DNA of 18,601 nucleotides from a virus (Duplodnaviria; Heunggongvirae; Uroviricota; Caudoviricetes): IMG/VR virus record IMGVR_UViG_2711768044_000003; one strand, 5' to 3'. Shown piece by piece: positions 15,749 to 18,601 of this stretch (position 1 is its first letter; each line of letters starts with the position of its first letter). The notes under the pieces were generated by a model. It saw only the letters and a program-made list of their open reading frames with translations, ran no database searches and was not told where the DNA came from. The position numbers and the translations under genes were made by a program.

Positions 15749-16807
15749 ATGCTTAATACTGTAAAAATATCCAGTTGTGAGTTAATCAACGCTGACTGCC
15801 TGGAATTTATCCAGACCTTACCGGAAAACTCTGTCGATCTGATAGTCACAGACCCGCCATACTTTAAAGTGAAACCTGATGGCTGGGATAACCAGTGGAA
15901 GGGTGATGAAGATTACCTGAAGTGGCTGGACCAGTGTCTGGCGCACTTCTGGCGGGTATTAAAGCCCGAGGGAAGCATTTACCTGTTCTGTGGGCATCGC
16001 CTGGCATCCGACATCGAAATCATGATGCGTGAACGCTTTAATGTGCTGAACCATATCATCTGGGCGAAGCCATCCGGACGCTGGAACGGGTGCAACAAGG
16101 AAAGCCTGCGTGCGTATTTCCCGGCCACAGAGCGCATTCTGTTTGCGGAACATTATCAGGGACCGTATCGCCCGAAAGATGATGGCTATGAGGCGAAGGG
16201 CAGGGCACTGAAACAGCATGTGATGGCCCCGCTGATATCTTACTTTCGTGATGCGCGTGCCGCTCTGGGGATAACGGCAAAACAGATTGCTGATGCCACA
16301 GGAAAGAAAAACATGGTGTCGCACTGGTTCAGTACCAGTCAGTGGCAGTTACCGAATGAACGCGATTATCTGAAATTACAGGCGTTGTTTGCCCGGGTGG
16401 CAGAAGAAAAGCATCAACGCGGTGAACTGGAAAAACCCCACCACCAGCTGGTTGCCGCGTATACCTTACTGAACCGACAGTATGCGGAACTGCAGTGTGA
16501 ATATAAGCATCTGCGGCGGTATTTTGGCGTGACGGCGCAGGTGCCATATACCGATGTGTGGACGCATAAACCGGTGCAGTTCTATCCCGGGAAACATCCG
16601 TGCGAAAAACCGGCAGAAATGCTGCAGCAGATAATCAGAGCGAGTAGTCGTCCGGGTGACCTGGTTGCGGATTTCTTCATGGGGTCGGGTTCGACAGTCA
16701 AAGCGGCGCTGGCACTGGGGCGTCGTGCGATTGGCGTTGAGCTGGATACTGAGCGTTTTGAGCAGACGGTCAGTGAAGTACAGGAGCTAATCATCCCTGA
16801 CGGGTGA
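15749..16807 (+). CDS. DNA methyltransferase, amino-methylating (N6-adenine or N4-cytosine), beta-class motif order
   Basis: 352-aa ORF. Catalytic motif IV DPPY (LIVTDPPYF) near the N-terminus and AdoMet-binding motif I (DFFMGSGST) near the C-terminus. No adjacent restriction endonuclease gene is evident. Confidence 0.85.
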   Translation: MLNTVKISSCELINADCLEFIQTLPENSVDLIVTDPPYFKVKPDGWDNQWKGDEDYLKWLDQCLAHFWRVLKPEGSIYLFCGHRLASDIEIMMRERFNVLNHIIWAKPSGRWNGCNKESLRAYFPATERILFAEHYQGPYRPKDDGYEAKGRALKQHVMAPLISYFRDARAALGITAKQIADATGKKNMVSHWFSTSQWQLPNERDYLKLQALFARVAEEKHQRGELEKPHHQLVAAYTLLNRQYAELQCEYKHLRRYFGVTAQVPYTDVWTHKPVQFYPGKHPCEKPAEMLQQIIRASSRPGDLVADFFMGSGSTVKAALALGRRAIGVELDTERFEQTVSEVQELIIPDG

Positions 16808-16847
16808 TATTGCAGAATTAATGACATACCGTTATTATTCTTCATCC

Positions 16848-16923
16848 GGCCCTTTAGCTCAGTGGTGAGAGCGAGCGACTCATAATCGCCAGGTCGCTGG
16901 TTCAAATCCAGCAAGGGCCACCA
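16848..16923 (+). tRNA. tRNA with CAU anticodon (tRNA-Ile2-like or Met)
   Basis: 76-nt cloverleaf folded by hand: acceptor GGCCCTT/AAGGGCC, D-arm GCTC...GAGC, anticodon loop CTCATAA, T-arm GCTGG-TTCAAAT-CCAGC, 3' ACCA. Resembles recalled E. coli tRNA-Ile2 (ileX) sequence. Confidence 0.85.
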
Positions 16924-16930
16924 TCTCATA

Positions 16931-17007
16931 CCGCCATTAGCTCATCGGGACAGAGCGCCAGCCTTCGAAGCTGGCTGCGCGGGGTTCGAGTCCTCGATGG
17001 CGGTCCA
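16931..17007 (+). tRNA. tRNA-Arg, anticodon read as UCG
   Basis: 77-nt cloverleaf: acceptor CCGCCAT/ATGGCGG (C1-G72), D-arm GCTC...GAGC, anticodon stem CCAGC/GCTGG with loop CTTCGAA, T-arm CGGGG-TTCGAGT-CCTCG, discriminator T, CCA. Confidence 0.7.
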
Positions 17008-17020
17008 TTATCTGCACCAT

Positions 17021-17094
17021 GCGGTCATCGTATAATGGCTATTGCATCAGCCTTCCTGGCTGATTATGCGGGGCAATTCCCGCTGACCGCTCCA
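17021..17094 (+). tRNA. Aberrant tRNA-like element (possible degenerate third tRNA)
   Basis: Perfect 7-bp acceptor pairing GCGGTCA/TGACCGC followed by T and CCA, and a stem-loop TCAGC-CTTCCTG-GCTGA. D-arm is weak and the T-loop (GCAATT) lacks the TTC motif; anticodon is ambiguous (UCC or CCU). Confidence 0.35.
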
Positions 17095-17279
17095 TAGTGG
17101 ATTATGGGTACTGTATGTTAAGCATTTTTCTTCGTTACCCTTCATCGGTAAAAAAGCGTACAACAACTATTTATGCTGCCATTAGCGATGATAGTATAGT
17201 TACTGGTTCTTTCGTAGTGTGTTTATTTGTTTGCTATATTTTTATCGATAATTGACATTCTTCAGATGGGGATGAATAA

Positions 17280-17708
17280 ATGTATTGCCGTGGTTTGCCA
17301 GTTCTTGTTTTGATATTCGCCTGCCTGGCAGCAGGCTGCACAAAAGATGTATCAACAAATTATCATGATAGTGCGCCATATCACGCAGGTGAATTAACAA
17401 AGGTTAAGAATGTTAATCCATCTGAAAGTACTGCTGATGTTAGTGAAGACATTCGTCATTATGCCGGTCAAATCAAAAAAGCCATTGAAGAACAGTTCAG
17501 GGAACCGGGTAAGTATTCCGGGAAAGTGTGTTCACTGAGAATGAATATGGCTCCGAATGGTCTTCTGTTGCAGGTTAAAAGAGAAGGTGGAGACCCCGAT
17601 TTATGTCGTGAAGCGATGAATGCGGTGAAGCATGCTGATATACCAGCACCGCCGTCTCCGGAAGTATATAAAGTATTTCACAATGGAGTGCTGGATTTTA
17701 AACCGTGA
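17280..17708 (+). CDS. Lipoprotein with TolA C-terminal domain (domain III) homology
   Basis: 142-aa ORF. Signal peptide with lipobox LAAGC, Thr at +2. C-terminal ~85 aa (YAGQIKKAIEEQFREPGKYSGKVCSLRMNMAPNGLLLQVKREGGDPDLCREAMNAVKHADIPAPPSPEVYKVFHNGVLDFKP) aligns nearly colinearly with the recalled C-terminus of E. coli TolA (YAGQIKSAIESKF...GKTCTLRIKLAPDGMLLDIKPEGGDPALCQAAL...IPKPPSQAVYEVFKNAPLDFKP). Confidence 0.8.
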   Translation: MYCRGLPVLVLIFACLAAGCTKDVSTNYHDSAPYHAGELTKVKNVNPSESTADVSEDIRHYAGQIKKAIEEQFREPGKYSGKVCSLRMNMAPNGLLLQVKREGGDPDLCREAMNAVKHADIPAPPSPEVYKVFHNGVLDFKP

Positions 17709-17908
17709 TTCTACATCTTTGCAGTAAACAATAATCATAATTGCATGTTTTTTCTGTGGTGGGGCATTTGGCTTCTGTTGCCTGCGATGTATTGTGGACC
17801 TGGTATCAGCCTGCAGAAAATGCACACAGGTGTGAAGTGTTAAATTCCTCACAACTCAGAACGCAGAATGTTGTCCTGCTTGCGGGGAATTTGTTAAAAG
17901 AGTACAGC

Positions 17909-18028
17909 ATGGTGAATCCCCCTGAGCGGAGGGGCATAATGACAGATGTTTGGTCGTGTTATCGTATAGGCAAGTTGCGGATTCTGTCTGGTCATTGCAG
18001 AATTCACCGGGAGGCACCCGGCACCATG
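17909..18028 (+). repeat. Copy A of a 120-nt structured repeat
   Basis: Starts ATGGTGAATCCCCCTGAGCGGAGGGGC and ends ATTCACCGGGAGGCACCCGGCACCAT. The termini are reverse complements of each other and enclose internal GC-rich hairpins. Confidence 0.6.
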
Positions 18029-18162
18029 TATTTTCAATATGTTATTGATCATTCTCTTTTTCGGAATACTCTGGTTATGTTTTCCTGTAACTGATAATTA
18101 AATCACATTTTGTGTAACTGCATATTGTCTGAACGGGATAAGTTTCAGTATCTTCTGAATGT

Positions 18163-18282
18163 ATGGCGAATCCCCCTGTGCGGCGGGGCGTACTGATTTA
18201 AGTAGTCATCCAAGAATGCAGCTGAATGAAAACGCGCTCCATATTAATCAGTGGTGGAGCACCGGGAGGCACCCGGCGCCAT
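18163..18282 (+). repeat. Copy B of the 120-nt structured repeat
   Basis: Starts ATGGCGAATCCCCCTGTGCGGCGGGGC and ends GCACCGGGAGGCACCCGGCGCCAT. Same length and conserved end blocks as copy A, with a divergent middle. Confidence 0.6.
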
Positions 18283-18311
18283 ACCGATGATGAAAGTAAA
18301 TGCGTCCATCC

Positions 18312-18337
18312 GCCCCTCTCCGGAGGGGCTTTTTTAT
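18312..18337 (+). terminator. Strong rho-independent terminator
   Basis: Perfect 7-bp stem GCCCCTC/GAGGGGC with loop TCCG, followed by TTTTTTAT. Lies 30 nt after repeat copy B. Confidence 0.8.
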
Positions 18338-18517
18338 GGGCAAAAAAAGCCCGCTACGAATGGTAACGGGCTGCACAAAATAACAAAATGTGAAGTATTC
18401 TAATCAGCCGCTGAATAATACCCGACAGTAATTAATCTGTGCAACGGTGCTTTTTCCCGCCTTGCAGGCACCGACTCTCTCATTTGATTTAACGCATTAT
18501 CCCGTCCGGGAGGATTC

Positions 18518-18601
18518 ATGACATTTAAACATTACGATGTGGTCAGGGCTGCTTCTCCGTCAGACCTGGCAGAGCGACTGACACAAAAACTGAAGGAAGG
18601 C
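18518..18601 (+). CDS. 5' end of an unidentified gene (partial, runs off the window)
   Basis: ATG at 18518 preceded by GGGAGG at 5-nt spacing; open to the window end (MTFKHYDVVRAASPSDLAERLTQKLKEG...). Confidence 0.5.
   Translation, partial: MTFKHYDVVRAASPSDLAERLTQKLKEG

Noticed and set aside
17231-17250. TTGCTAT half-site upstream of the lipoprotein gene as a cI operator
   Set aside because: A single 7-mer match in AT-rich DNA without a convincing inverted partner; expected by chance about twice in a window this size.
17252-17280. Perfect TTGACA hexamer upstream of the lipoprotein gene as its promoter -35
   Set aside because: The only -10-like hexamer at proper spacing (AATAAA) abuts the start codon, leaving no leader for the GGGGA Shine-Dalgarno; the promoter is probably elsewhere, so this is treated as chance.
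17741-18094. 117-aa ORF on the plus strand downstream of the TolA-like lipoprotein gene
   Set aside because: It overlaps repeat copy A, has no convincing ribosome-binding site, and the same end motifs recur non-coding in copy B; most likely an artefact of a structured non-coding element.
17100-18100. Possible Shiga toxin (stxAB) genes after the tRNA cluster
   Set aside because: The arrangement resembles Stx phages, but the only ORF here is a 142-aa lipoprotein with TolA-like C-terminus; nothing resembles the Stx A or B subunit.

Overview
This window is an internal segment of a lambdoid temperate prophage from an enterobacterial (E. coli-like) host. It has a leftward early arm (1-7816, minus strand) running from a putative pL/oL region to xis and int at the window edge, with many short genes joined by ATGA stop/start overlaps. 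The immunity region follows: a LexA-like cI repressor (minus), a divergent operator region, and a Cro-like gene (plus). The rightward arm carries an SF2 helicase and zinc-ribbon/TOPRIM primase replication module, a lambda-Q-family antiterminator, an AT-rich island on the opposite strand, a beta-class DNA methyltransferase, a cluster of two or three tRNAs, a lipoprotein, and two 120-nt structured repeats ending in a strong terminator. No toxin genes, CRISPR array or IS element were seen. The strongest candidates for undescribed biology are accessory cargo genes: (1) a translationally coupled small membrane protein plus inner-membrane SPFH lipoprotein; (2) a lipoprotein carrying a TolA C-terminal (domain III) homologue at the position where Stx phages carry stxAB; (3) a low-GC island antisense to late transcription whose gene is split at an A6 tract; (4) a truncated beta-sliding-clamp homologue. 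All protein-family calls rest on motif recognition by eye and recalled sequences, not on database searches.
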